Below are positions 36,270-44,999 of a stretch of 64,000 nucleotides of DNA, piece after piece. The position numbers and the translations under genes were made by a program. A model generated the notes under the pieces. That model did not search any database. It saw nothing but the letters and a program-made list of their open reading frames with translations, and was not told the origin of the DNA. This DNA comes from Phycisphaerales bacterium. GTDB taxonomy: Bacteria > Planctomycetota > Phycisphaerae > UBA1845 > Fen-1342. How positions within the stretch are numbered: position 1 is the stretch's first letter; each line of letters opens with the position of its first letter. The DNA is taken from NCBI GenBank assembly GCA_003162245.1, contig PMMM01000196.1:8900-72899 (forward strand), read 5' to 3'.

Positions 36270-37015
36270 TGGACGCGCCCCTCATCGACATACGAGAAGC
36301 CTGGAAGTCGTACCACCTCGACGAGGTCGAGGTGCCGGCGGTGCGGGGAGTCTCTTTGACGATTCCGAGCGGGCAGTTCGTCGCGATCACCGGCGCGAGC
36401 GGCTCCGGTAAATCGACGTTCATGCACGTGGTCGGGTGCCTCGACCGGCTGGAGCGCGGCTCGTACGCCTTCGAGGGCCGGCTCGTGGACGAACTCACCC
36501 GCCGGCAACTCGCCCACCTGCGCAACCACCGCATCGGCTTCGTCTTTCAGAGCTTTAACCTGCTGGCCCGTACGAGCATCGTGGACAACGTGGCCATGCC
36601 GCTGGCGTACCAGGGCGTGCGGCGCCGCGAGCGGCGGCGACGAGCCAGCGCCATGCTCGAACGCATCGGCCTCGGCGATCGCCTCCGCCACCATCCGAAC
36701 CAGCTCTCCGGCGGGCAGCAGCAGCGGGTGGCGCTCGCGCGGGCCCTGGTCACCAACCCCGGTGTCGTGCTCGCCGACGAGCCGACGGGCAACCTCGACA
36801 CGACCACTAGCCAAGAGATCATGGTGCTGCTCCAGACGATGAACCGGGAGGAAGGGGTGAGCATCGTGCTGGTGACGCACGAAACGGACATTGCGGCCTT
36901 TGCGCAGCGTAAGGTCATGTTCCGCGACGGCCGCATCGTGATTGACACCGACCACCCTGAGCTGAGCCCAAGCGGTGGCGAGGAGCGAGCCAAAGCGGGA
37001 AGCGAGGCGGCCTGA
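36269..37015 (+). CDS. MacB/LolD-type ABC transporter ATP-binding protein
   Basis: Walker A GASGSGKST, signature LSGGQQQRVALARAL, Walker B VLADEPTGNLD, and the H-loop VTHE. Confidence 0.9.
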   Translation: MDAPLIDIREAWKSYHLDEVEVPAVRGVSLTIPSGQFVAITGASGSGKSTFMHVVGCLDRLERGSYAFEGRLVDELTRRQLAHLRNHRIGFVFQSFNLLARTSIVDNVAMPLAYQGVRRRERRRRASAMLERIGLGDRLRHHPNQLSGGQQQRVALARALVTNPGVVLADEPTGNLDTTTSQEIMVLLQTMNREEGVSIVLVTHETDIAAFAQRKVMFRDGRIVIDTDHPELSPSGGEERAKAGSEAA

Positions 37016-37016
37016 C

Positions 37017-38234
37017 GTGGGAATCTTCAGCGTCATCGCGGAATCACTGCACAGCCTGGGGAAGAACAAGGTCCGCACGGCGTTGTCGGTCCTGGGGATT
37101 GTCATCGGCATCGCGGCCGTGATCGCGATGGTCGCCGTCGCGGCCGGTGCCCAGCGGAAGGTCGAGCGGGAGATCGCCTCGATCGGCGACGACTGGCTGA
37201 CGATCTCGTACACGGGTATGGACCGCGGGGGCGTGCGTCGCGAGCAGGCCATGCCGCGGAACATGAGCAAGGACGACGCGGAGGCGATCGAGCGGGAGTG
37301 CTCGGCGGTGCGGGCCGCTTCCCCGACGAACCGCGTGCGCGGGCAGGCCATCTCGCAGTTCGGAAACTACCAGTGCGCTTCGATGGGCGTGTACCCGAAC
37401 TTTTTCGACATCCGCCGCTGGCCCTGCGCTGTCGGGCGGGCGTTCGCGCGGGAGGACATGGAGCTGTACACCAAGGTGTGCTGCCTCGGGACGACCGCGG
37501 CCCGCGAGCTGTTCGGCGGGGTCAACCCGGTGGGGCAGACGATCCGCGTGAACCGCGTGGCGTTCGAGGTACTCGGGCTGCTGGAGTCGAAGGGCGTGGG
37601 CAGTGACGGGCGCGATTTCGACGACGTCATTCTGTTCCCGTTCACGTCCTTCGAGCGGCTCATTGCGGGCAACGAGCCGTCCGGGACGCTATTCGCGGCC
37701 GCGAAGGCCGGGGTGCCGCTGGCCGTCGCCAAGGAGCAGATTCGTCAGCTCCTGCGGCAGCGGCATCACCTGGCGGACGAAGACGACGACACGTTCCGCA
37801 TCTTCGACCGCTCGCTGACCGCCGAGGCCAGCGCGGAAGCGACGCGGACGTTCAACCTGCTGCTGACGTCGATCGCGTCGATTTCGCTGATCGTGGGCGG
37901 CGTGGGGATCATGAACATCATGCTCGTGTCGGTGACGGAGCGGACGCGCGAGATCGGCCTGCGGATGGCCATCGGCGCGTACGGGACACAGATCCTCGGT
38001 CAGTTCCTGTGCGAAGCCATCGTGCTGTGCATGCTCGGGGGGCTGCTTGGCTTCGCGGCCGGCTGCGGCCTGGCGCGGTTCGTCGCGGCGCAGTACCAGT
38101 GGGAGGTCGAGGTGTCCTACTGGATGGCCGGCGTCGCGATCGCCTTTGCCACCAGCGTCGGCGTGTTCTTCGGCTTCTACCCCGCCTGGCGTGCCAGCCG
38201 CCTCGATCCCATCGCGGCGCTGCGGTACGAGTAG
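37017..38234 (+). CDS. MacB-type ABC transporter permease (MacB_PCD periplasmic domain plus FtsX fold)
   Basis: GTG 37017 lies 1 nt after the upstream stop. Features: N-terminal TM KNKVRTALSVLGIVIGIAAVIAMV, a large periplasmic domain, and three C-terminal TMs with GGVGIMNIMLVSVTERTREIGLRMAIGA. Confidence 0.85.
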   Translation: MGIFSVIAESLHSLGKNKVRTALSVLGIVIGIAAVIAMVAVAAGAQRKVEREIASIGDDWLTISYTGMDRGGVRREQAMPRNMSKDDAEAIERECSAVRAASPTNRVRGQAISQFGNYQCASMGVYPNFFDIRRWPCAVGRAFAREDMELYTKVCCLGTTAARELFGGVNPVGQTIRVNRVAFEVLGLLESKGVGSDGRDFDDVILFPFTSFERLIAGNEPSGTLFAAAKAGVPLAVAKEQIRQLLRQRHHLADEDDDTFRIFDRSLTAEASAEATRTFNLLLTSIASISLIVGGVGIMNIMLVSVTERTREIGLRMAIGAYGTQILGQFLCEAIVLCMLGGLLGFAAGCGLARFVAAQYQWEVEVSYWMAGVAIAFATSVGVFFGFYPAWRASRLDPIAALRYE

Positions 38235-38316
38235 GTCCGGCGCGGCCTGCTCCTGGTCTGGTCGTACGCCCTCTACCTCCGAATCTGCGTCATCTGCGCA
38301 ATCTGCGGACGAACTC

Positions 38317-39882
38317 CTACTGGCAGGTCGTCCCGATCACCGCCACGAACGGGTCGATGTCGGCGAAGGTGACCGTGCCGCTGTGGTTGCAGTCGGCGTT
38401 GAGCCAGGGGCAGGTCGGGTGGTGCTGGTTCCAGGCCGACTGGCCGCCGAGGGCTTCGACGAAGGGGTCGATGTCGCCAAAGGTGACCCGCCCGTCGCAG
38501 TTCGTGTCGCCGGGGCATGCGGCGTTGTTGATCGTGAACGGCGGCGAGTCGGCGCAGCCGGCATCGGGGAGCGACGGAGTCCCGACTGCACAACGGAAGC
38601 CGGCGGCGACGTAGTTGAGGCCGTCGGGCGTGTAGTAGTTGCGATACGCGGACCAGCACCACTCCGGAGAGTCGTTCCAGCTGCCGCCGCGCAGAATACG
38701 GTAGGTGCCGGACCCGGGCCCGGTGGGGTTCGTTTGTGGTGTGCTGGCATAGGTGTCGTACCAGTCATAGCACCATTCCGACACGTTGCCGGTCATGTCG
38801 TAGCAGCCGTAGTAGCTCTGCGCGTTCTGCGTCGCGTAGCCGCCGTGCGTCATACCGTCGTAGTAGCCGACTGGTGTCGTCGAGGGATAGTCAATTGGCT
38901 CGTACGGATCGCCGCTGTTGCCGTAATTCGCCCGGTCGCCAGCGAGGCAATAGGTCCCGCAGCCGTCGGTGTGTTCGCCGTAGCGGAAATGCCGGTGCTG
39001 CACGGGGTCCCAGGCGGCGGCCTTCTCCCATTCAGCCTCGGTCGGCAAGCGGTAGCCGGCCGCGGCGAAGTTGCAGGCCCAGGTCGACAAGTCGTAGCAC
39101 AGCGGCTTGTCCGCCATCGCGCTGCGCCAGTTGCAGTAAGCGACCGAGCCATACCAGCCCACCGTCAACATGGGGTGGCTCTCCTTGTTCGGGGTCGCGG
39201 CGAATGCGCCCGTGTTAGGATCCCACGTGATCCGGCTGTACGGCGAGTTGGCCACCGTCTTGCAGTAGGGGTAGCTCGTCCCGCTGCCGTACTTGTACAC
39301 CACGCCGTCGATCACCGTGATCAGCCCGCCCTGGGCCCCGGCCCAGTTCAGCGCCGCGGCGTACTGCTCGTTGGTGACCTCGTAGGTGTCGATGCAGTAC
39401 GGGCTGAGATAGACGGTGTGGACGGGCACGGCATCGTACCCGCCGTTCCACGGGTCACCCATCTGGAACGACCCCGCGGCGACGGTCACCATCCCCGGCG
39501 GTGCTGGGACATGTCCATCATCGGCACGGACGCGGACCTTGTAAGCGGAGCCGAAGGCTCCGGGCAGGTCCGTCGCGGAGTTCCAGACGATGAGCTTGTT
39601 AACGCCCGGCGTAATGCCTGTGCCGACCGCCTCGCTGACCGCCGTGATCGGTACGGTCCACGTCGTGCCGCCGTCGTTGCTGGCCTCGAGCGTTACGGTA
39701 CAGGCATCGCCGTCGTCGTCGACGAGGTCATAGCGGATGTCCACGAGCTTCGACTCGTCGGTCCGTTGGCTGGCGGTGACGTTGCTGACGGCCGGCGCGT
39801 GGTTGTCGGCCACGGCCGTGTCGCAAAGGGCCGCCGCGGCCCAGGCCAAAACGAGCACCGCGTACGCTGTTCTCATGACCAC
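38317..39882 (-). CDS. Secreted formylglycine-generating enzyme (SUMF1/EgtB/PvdO) family protein with N-terminal Ig-like and C-terminal dockerin-like modules
   Basis: Signal peptide; GNVSEWCYDWY and RILRGGSWNDS (FGE-sulfatase fold motifs). The C-terminus carries paired loops DTNCDGRVTFGDIDPFV and DCNHSGTVTFADIDPFV. Confidence 0.8.
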   Translation of the reverse strand: MVMRTAYAVLVLAWAAAALCDTAVADNHAPAVSNVTASQRTDESKLVDIRYDLVDDDGDACTVTLEASNDGGTTWTVPITAVSEAVGTGITPGVNKLIVWNSATDLPGAFGSAYKVRVRADDGHVPAPPGMVTVAAGSFQMGDPWNGGYDAVPVHTVYLSPYCIDTYEVTNEQYAAALNWAGAQGGLITVIDGVVYKYGSGTSYPYCKTVANSPYSRITWDPNTGAFAATPNKESHPMLTVGWYGSVAYCNWRSAMADKPLCYDLSTWACNFAAAGYRLPTEAEWEKAAAWDPVQHRHFRYGEHTDGCGTYCLAGDRANYGNSGDPYEPIDYPSTTPVGYYDGMTHGGYATQNAQSYYGCYDMTGNVSEWCYDWYDTYASTPQTNPTGPGSGTYRILRGGSWNDSPEWCWSAYRNYYTPDGLNYVAAGFRCAVGTPSLPDAGCADSPPFTINNAACPGDTNCDGRVTFGDIDPFVEALGGQSAWNQHHPTCPWLNADCNHSGTVTFADIDPFVAVIGTTCQ

Positions 39883-40135
39883 TACTGCTTTCTACCGGTT
39901 GCCCGGCTTCACATGCTTTCCGCAACGTCAGGGACGTGCTGCGGGCGCACGTGACGAGACAGATCACTCTCTTTCTGGGGTGGCTGCCGTGCTTCTTTCC
40001 CCGGCGGGCCGGGCCCCATCCGCCAATCGAACACACAACCGTCGGGTCAGGGACCCAAGCTACCCTCGAAGTGTACCGCGCCCGGCAGCCAAAACGAAAG
40101 GCCATTGTCGGCTCGGGCGCGGTTTCGGCGGGTCG

Positions 40136-40222
40136 CTGGTTGAAGACGGGTGCCACAAACAGAGACACCGGTTGAAAACCGGTGCCACAGGCCGGGAGCA
40201 CCGGTCAAAAACCGGTGCCACA
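40136..40222. repeat. Three tandem ~32-33-bp repeats, each with the core C(C/T)GGT(T/C)(G/A)AA(A/G)AC(C/G)GGTGCCACA containing a CACCGGT/ACCGGTG palindrome
   Basis: Copies lie at 40136-40157 (degenerate), 40168-40189 and 40201-40222. A fourth copy starts (GCACCGG) and then runs into a G10 tract at 40234-40243. Confidence 0.75.
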
Positions 40223-40258
40223 GCACAGGCACCGGGGGGGGGGCGATGCTTCACTCGC

Positions 40259-41104
40259 TCAAGGGAGTGTGCTGGCGAGCCGCGGGCTGGCTGGCGTCGT
40301 GGTCCCCACGGCCAGCTTGGTCAGCTCTTCCTGCGGCATCCGCCCCGCGAGCACATAGCTGACCTTCTGTCGCGTCCAGGACACCAGGCTGACGTCGCCG
40401 TCCGTCCCGTCGTGAAACTCCGACGTGCCGTGCTGACCCCCGGGGCACGGCTTGCCGCCGCAGTTGCACAGCTTGATCGGGCAACTCACGACGAACGCCG
40501 ACACCACGTCATTCGGGTCGTCGCTGCCGCGGAAATAGACGTGCAACACGCGCGCCCCGCATTTCTTGCACTCCGGCGGTCCGCACCAGCACGCCCCGTC
40601 CAGCCGGTATCCATGCGACGTGATATCCGGCAGACCTGCGGCCAGCGGCGTCTCGGCCTGCAACTCGGCGAGCGTCTTGCAGCCCGTGTTGCGGCGCACC
40701 GTCAGGCCGTCGTGGCGGTGCTCGACAGCGCAATGGCGGTACACGTTCGCGAAGCCCGACACCGGCACGTTTGGCGCGGCCTGTCCGCTCCCGGGCCAGA
40801 CAAACAGCGCCAGGACAACCGCGGCGGCGACTGCCAACCCCGGCAATCCAAAATAATACAGCCGGCGGCTGCGCACGCGGCGCGAAGCCCGCAAGTTCGT
40901 CCGAATGCGGGCCTCAAGGCCGCGCGGGACGGGCTCCGACACGAGCGCACGCTGCGCACACTGTCGCAGCGCCTGCCAGCGGGCGACGTCCTCGCGGCCA
41001 CTGGCGTCTTGCGCCAGATGGGCGTCGATCTCGGCCCGCTGAGCGGGGTCGAGTTCCCCGTCGGCGTATTCGGCCAGGTGTTTTCGCATCTCGAACGGGT
41101 TCAT
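40259..41104 (-). CDS. Putative anti-sigma factor: N-terminal anti-sigma domain, one TM helix, Cys-rich extracytoplasmic domain
   Basis: ATGA overlap with the ECF sigma gene. The N-terminus MRKHLAEYADGELDPAQRAEIDAHL is typical of anti-sigma factors. TM helix YYFGLPGLAVAAAVVLALFVW. The C-domain has about 13 Cys (CWCGPPECKKC, CPIKLCNCGGKPCPGG). Confidence 0.7.
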   Translation of the reverse strand: MNPFEMRKHLAEYADGELDPAQRAEIDAHLAQDASGREDVARWQALRQCAQRALVSEPVPRGLEARIRTNLRASRRVRSRRLYYFGLPGLAVAAAVVLALFVWPGSGQAAPNVPVSGFANVYRHCAVEHRHDGLTVRRNTGCKTLAELQAETPLAAGLPDITSHGYRLDGACWCGPPECKKCGARVLHVYFRGSDDPNDVVSAFVVSCPIKLCNCGGKPCPGGQHGTSEFHDGTDGDVSLVSWTRQKVSYVLAGRMPQEELTKLAVGTTTPASPRLASTLP

Positions 41105-41688
41105 TTCTGCGTCTTCACGCCCGGGAGCCGCTGCTCACGGGCAAAATCGTGCAGCGTGCGCGCCAGTTGCTGCCGCGCGCGGTGCAGCCGGCTCATGACC
41201 GTGCCGATGGGCACGTCGAGCGCGTCCGCGATCTCCCGATAACTGAACTCCATCGTGGCCCACAGCAGCAGCACGGTGCGGAACTCCGGGGCAAGCTGGT
41301 CCAGGGCCTGCTTGACCTCCTGGTCCAGATGTTCGTAATCCAGGTCGGGCGGACCAGTATCGGTGTCGTCGGCCTGGGTCTCGTCCAGCGTCTGCGGGTC
41401 GGTCGCCCGCGGTGCCCTCTTCGCACGCTGCTGGCGGTTCAAGAACGTGTTGGTCAGAATCTTTAGTAGCCACGGCTTGATACCAAACTCGCGGACCTGA
41501 AAGCGGTCAAAGGCGGCATACGCCTTGAGGAACGTCTCCTGGACGAGGTCCTCGGCGTCCTGCTCGTGGCGCGCCAGGCGCCGCGCGACCCGGTAAACGG
41601 TGTCCAGGTGGGGGAGCGCCAGGGCCTCAAATGACTGCTCGTCTGCGCTGCCCATTCCGCGTCGCCGCCGTCCGCCAGCAGCGTCCAT
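41101..41688 (-). CDS. ECF (group 4) sigma-70 family RNA polymerase sigma factor
   Basis: Region 2 DAEDLVQETFLKAYAAFDRF and region 4 YREIADALDVPIGTVMSRLHRARQQL. The start could alternatively be the ATG at 41655. Confidence 0.9.
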   Translation of the reverse strand: MDAAGGRRRRGMGSADEQSFEALALPHLDTVYRVARRLARHEQDAEDLVQETFLKAYAAFDRFQVREFGIKPWLLKILTNTFLNRQQRAKRAPRATDPQTLDETQADDTDTGPPDLDYEHLDQEVKQALDQLAPEFRTVLLLWATMEFSYREIADALDVPIGTVMSRLHRARQQLARTLHDFAREQRLPGVKTQK

Positions 41689-41690
41689 TG

Positions 41691-41721
41691 GTTAGAACCA
41701 TTCGGGGAGCGAGACAATTCC
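41691..41721 (-). promoter_or_regulatory. Weak candidate ECF-type autoregulatory promoter (GGAATT - 19 nt - TCTAAC)
   Basis: Read on the minus strand, GGAATTGTCTCGCTCCCCGAATGGTTCTAAC lies immediately upstream of ATG 41688. It resembles the GGAAC...TCTxA pattern of sigma-E-type promoters, but the spacer is long, and it would require use of the downstream ATG 41655. Confidence 0.2.
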
Positions 41722-41853
41722 CGCGCACTCCCGTCGCGCGGACATTATCGGTACGCGGCTGGCGGCCGGCCAGTCCGGCGCAGTACAATTCGGCGCGTTC
41801 AGATCAGGGCATGTTGCCAGGGAGGGCAAGCAATATATGGAAGAGGGTGCGCT

Positions 41854-42819
41854 ATGGCGTGGCAACGCTGCGGCGGGCTCGGGGGCCTAGTCATTGTGGC
41901 CGTACTGGCGGGGCCGGGAATCGTCGCCGCGCGGGAGCCGGCGGGGACTTCGTTCCTGGCGGGCGACGGCGTGCGGATCAGCGCGGACTACTATGCGCCG
42001 GCCGAGGGACGGCCCGGCGACGTGCCGGTGGTCATGCTGGTGCACACGCACCGCAGCGACCGGAAGGCCTGGGAGCCGCTGATCGTGCCACTGCGCGAGG
42101 CGGGGTTTGCGGTGCTGGCGCTGGACCTGCGCGGCCACGGAGAGAGTGCGACCACGGAGACGCGGCAGCGGGCGATCGATGGCGATTGGAAGCTGTTCAA
42201 AGAGATGCAGGAGGACCTGCGCGGGGCCTACGACTGGCTGGCCAAGCAGCCGCACGTGGACCGGGCACGGTTTGCGGTGGTTGGGGCCAGCGCGGGCGCC
42301 AGCGTGGCTTTGCAATACGCGGTCAAGGACCGCAGCGTCGATGCGGTCGTCTGCCTGTCGCCCGGGTTGAACGACTTCGGGATGGATGCGGCGGGCGACA
42401 TCGGCCAGATCACGGGGCGGCGAATCCTGGTGCTCGCGACGGAGGACCAACGGGATGCGCCCTACACGCTCGAGAAGCGCGGGGCCGGCGTCGAGGTCAA
42501 GGTCTACCGGGAAGGGCCGGTGCACGGCACCGACATGCTCGACGCCGTGCCGCAGGCCGCGCGGGACATCGTGGCGTTTCTGAAGAGCGCGGTGGGCGAT
42601 CGGACGGACACGGTCGTATACGGCAGCATCAACAGCGACGTGTACCACGAGCGGGATTCGGCCTGGGTGAAGCAGATTTCGCCGACCAATCTGCGTTACT
42701 ATTCATCGCCCCGCGAGGCCGAATCGCGCGGCTTGCGGGCTGCGCGGTCGAAGGGGCCGGGGAAGACCAACGCGGACGATGGCGAGCAGAGTGGCAGTCG
42801 CCGGCGCCGCCGGCCGTGA
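41854..42819 (+). CDS. Secreted alpha/beta hydrolase (dienelactone hydrolase/prolyl oligopeptidase-like) with basic C-terminal tail
   Basis: Signal peptide, HG-type oxyanion context LDLRGHGES, and nucleophile elbow GASAGAS (GxSxG). Confidence 0.75.
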   Translation: MAWQRCGGLGGLVIVAVLAGPGIVAAREPAGTSFLAGDGVRISADYYAPAEGRPGDVPVVMLVHTHRSDRKAWEPLIVPLREAGFAVLALDLRGHGESATTETRQRAIDGDWKLFKEMQEDLRGAYDWLAKQPHVDRARFAVVGASAGASVALQYAVKDRSVDAVVCLSPGLNDFGMDAAGDIGQITGRRILVLATEDQRDAPYTLEKRGAGVEVKVYREGPVHGTDMLDAVPQAARDIVAFLKSAVGDRTDTVVYGSINSDVYHERDSAWVKQISPTNLRYYSSPREAESRGLRAARSKGPGKTNADDGEQSGSRRRRRP

Positions 42820-42833
42820 GAAAAACTACCAAG

Positions 42834-42903
42834 ACGCCAAGGCACACAGAAGGGGCGGGTAGCAGGCGATTCGTGACCGCTGTGCCTGGCGGGGGCGTTT
42901 TTT
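42834..42903 (+). terminator. Imperfect long hairpin followed by a T6 run (intrinsic terminator candidate)
   Basis: ACGCC/GGCGT and GGCACA/TGTGCC helices close directly before TTTTTT (42898-42903), 15 nt after the hydrolase stop. Confidence 0.4.
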
Positions 42904-42980
42904 CTGCTTGGTGACTGCGCGCGTTGGTGGTCAAATGGGTGGTTTAACGCGCGCGGGCGCGGGCAAAGTTGAGGCGACCG

Positions 42981-44432
42981 ATGTGGATTCCGTCCCTGGC
43001 GACGATGGCGGCGATGCTGTTCCTGGCGACCGGCGAGGAGCCCGAGAACCCCTGGAAGGAAAAGGTCGAGACGGCGGTGCGGCACGCGGAGGCCGACCCG
43101 ACGACCGCGGCGTTGCGCGCAGCGCTCGATACGTGCTGGCGGGCCGACGATTGGGCGGCGGGGATGCGGCTGGCCGAGCGTGTGCGCGAGAAGCACCCGG
43201 ACGATGGTGAGCTGCGCGGCCTGGCGGCACGGGCGCTCTGGCGCGGCGGGCGACTGGCGGACGCGGAGCGGCTGGCGGAGCGTCTTCCGCTGCGGACCGC
43301 CGACACGGTCGGATGCCGGCTGCAAATCGCGATCCACCTGTCGCGGGGCGAACAGGCGGAAGCGGAAGAGTGGGCCCAGCGGTTGGAGCGGCTCGGCCCC
43401 AAGACGGCCGACGATTACTACCACGTGTTCGCGGTGCGCTTCTCCGCGGGCAAGCTGGCCGGGCTGGCCGACCTCGTGCGCAAGGCCGAGCGGCTGGCGA
43501 GCCCGAAGAATGGATACCCGGAGACCTGTTTGCCGGAGTCGATCGAGGGCGTCGCTGCCTTTCTGGACGCCGTCGGCCCGCAGCCGCTGAATCAGATCGC
43601 GCAATACGGCGCGGCCCCGCTCACGCCGCTGGTTTTGTTTAACCTGCCGGCGTGCGACGTGCTGATCGACGGCCACGGGCCGTACCGGATGGTCGTGGAC
43701 ACCGGCGGCAGCATCATGGTGGCGCTGGACCAGACGCTGGCCGATGAGCTCGGGCTCAAGTCCGTCGCGCAAGCGTCGGTGCGCGGCGTGTCCGGAAAGC
43801 AGGCGACCGGCCAGGTAGTCGTCGACGAATTGCGGATCGGCACGATCGTGGCCCGGCGCGTCATGACGCGGACGTTCGACGTGCGCGGCGCGATCATGAA
43901 CGCGGCGGACGGGATCATCGGCACCGGTATTTTCGCGCAGGGGCGGATGACGCTGGATTGGGCCGGGGGGCAACTGCTTATCTCGCGGTCGCGGGACGAG
44001 GCGGGCGCCGGGACCGCGGCCGAACTGCGGCTGGTGGGCGATGCGAAGCTCATCGTGCCGGCACTGCTCGAGGGCGGGCCGGCCGTCAGCCTGCTGGACA
44101 CGGGGGCGGACGTCGTCGCGCTCGCCCCGTCGTGCCTGCGTCGCCTGTTCCCAGACCACGAAGTCAGAACGTTCAACGCCGGCGTGGGCGTCGGCGTGGG
44201 GGCCGGCCAGCAGACCGAAATATCGCTCGGTTCGGGGGCGCGGCTGGTCCTGGCCGGACGGACATTCGAGAACTACGGGGGGCTGGGGCTGGACGCGCTG
44301 GACAAGACGCTCAGCCCGTTGTTGGGGGTGCAGATCGACGCGTTGCTGGGCATGCCGATGTTCCGCCAGATGAAGTCGGCGACGGTCGACTTCCCGAAGT
44401 GCAAGATGTGGGTGGAGTGGCTCGAGCGGTAG
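42981..44432 (+). CDS. Secreted protein with N-terminal TPR-like helical repeats and two retropepsin-like aspartic protease domains
   Basis: ATG 42981 follows GAGG. Signal-like N-terminus MWIPSLATMAAMLFLATG. Two catalytic-type motifs are present, VVDTGGSIMVAL and LLDTGADVVALA. Confidence 0.75.
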   Translation: MWIPSLATMAAMLFLATGEEPENPWKEKVETAVRHAEADPTTAALRAALDTCWRADDWAAGMRLAERVREKHPDDGELRGLAARALWRGGRLADAERLAERLPLRTADTVGCRLQIAIHLSRGEQAEAEEWAQRLERLGPKTADDYYHVFAVRFSAGKLAGLADLVRKAERLASPKNGYPETCLPESIEGVAAFLDAVGPQPLNQIAQYGAAPLTPLVLFNLPACDVLIDGHGPYRMVVDTGGSIMVALDQTLADELGLKSVAQASVRGVSGKQATGQVVVDELRIGTIVARRVMTRTFDVRGAIMNAADGIIGTGIFAQGRMTLDWAGGQLLISRSRDEAGAGTAAELRLVGDAKLIVPALLEGGPAVSLLDTGADVVALAPSCLRRLFPDHEVRTFNAGVGVGVGAGQQTEISLGSGARLVLAGRTFENYGGLGLDALDKTLSPLLGVQIDALLGMPMFRQMKSATVDFPKCKMWVEWLER

Positions 44433-44999
44433 CCGGCAGGTTTCGGCTCTCACCTCTTCGCTCTCAGGTCTCAGCTCTTAGCAATCAGGCTACTTCCGTT
44501 GGCGGTGCTGAAGTCCGTGCGGGCAGGGTCTTGCTGCAAAGTCCGAGTAAGTAGCAGGTGTCCTCTGGTGGCCGGCGGCGCGGCTGCCAGCTTGCCGCGA
44601 CCGGGGCGGGGGAGCGCTTGCCGGCGGGGGGGTTTATTTCGCACTCTTTGCTAAGCAGCACGCCGTGTGGTCGCGCGATGCGGCGTGCGGCGTGTTGTTC
44701 TCGGGCGTCGGACTTGTGGCGGCGTTCGGGGCCGCGCGGGACGGCGGATCGAAGCGTCGAGGCAGCGGGCCAGCACAGTTGTTACTGGCCGGCGCCGCGG
44801 GAGGTCGGAGAAGAACGGCCGTCCGGCGAGCGAGCGCGGGTTCTGTCGTGGGGCCTCGGAAACCGGGTCGCTCGCGGGCCTAGGGTTTGGTAGTCCATCG
44901 AGGGAACGCCAGGTTCGACCCGCCTCTCCGCCGTGGATCTCGCCAGAGAAATGGAACCTCGCCGATTGGCGCCGCAGGGCGCACGGAAAGGAACTCAAG

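Noticed and set aside
38317-39882. FGE/C-type-lectin-fold protein as a diversity-generating retroelement (DGR) target.
   Set aside because: No reverse transcriptase ORF and no template-repeat copy of the C-terminal lectin-fold segment were recognisable anywhere in the window. The C-terminus is a dockerin-like module and not a variable region.
40136-40243. Possible mini CRISPR array.
   Set aside because: There are only three to four repeat copies, the unique segments between cores are 10-11 bp, the repeats are partly degenerate, and there are no cas genes in the window.
44880-44935. tRNA-like GGTTCGA T-loop string (CCAGGTTCGACCCGCC).
   Set aside because: The flanking bases cannot form a T-stem (CCAGG against CGCCT), and no acceptor or anticodon arms can be drawn.
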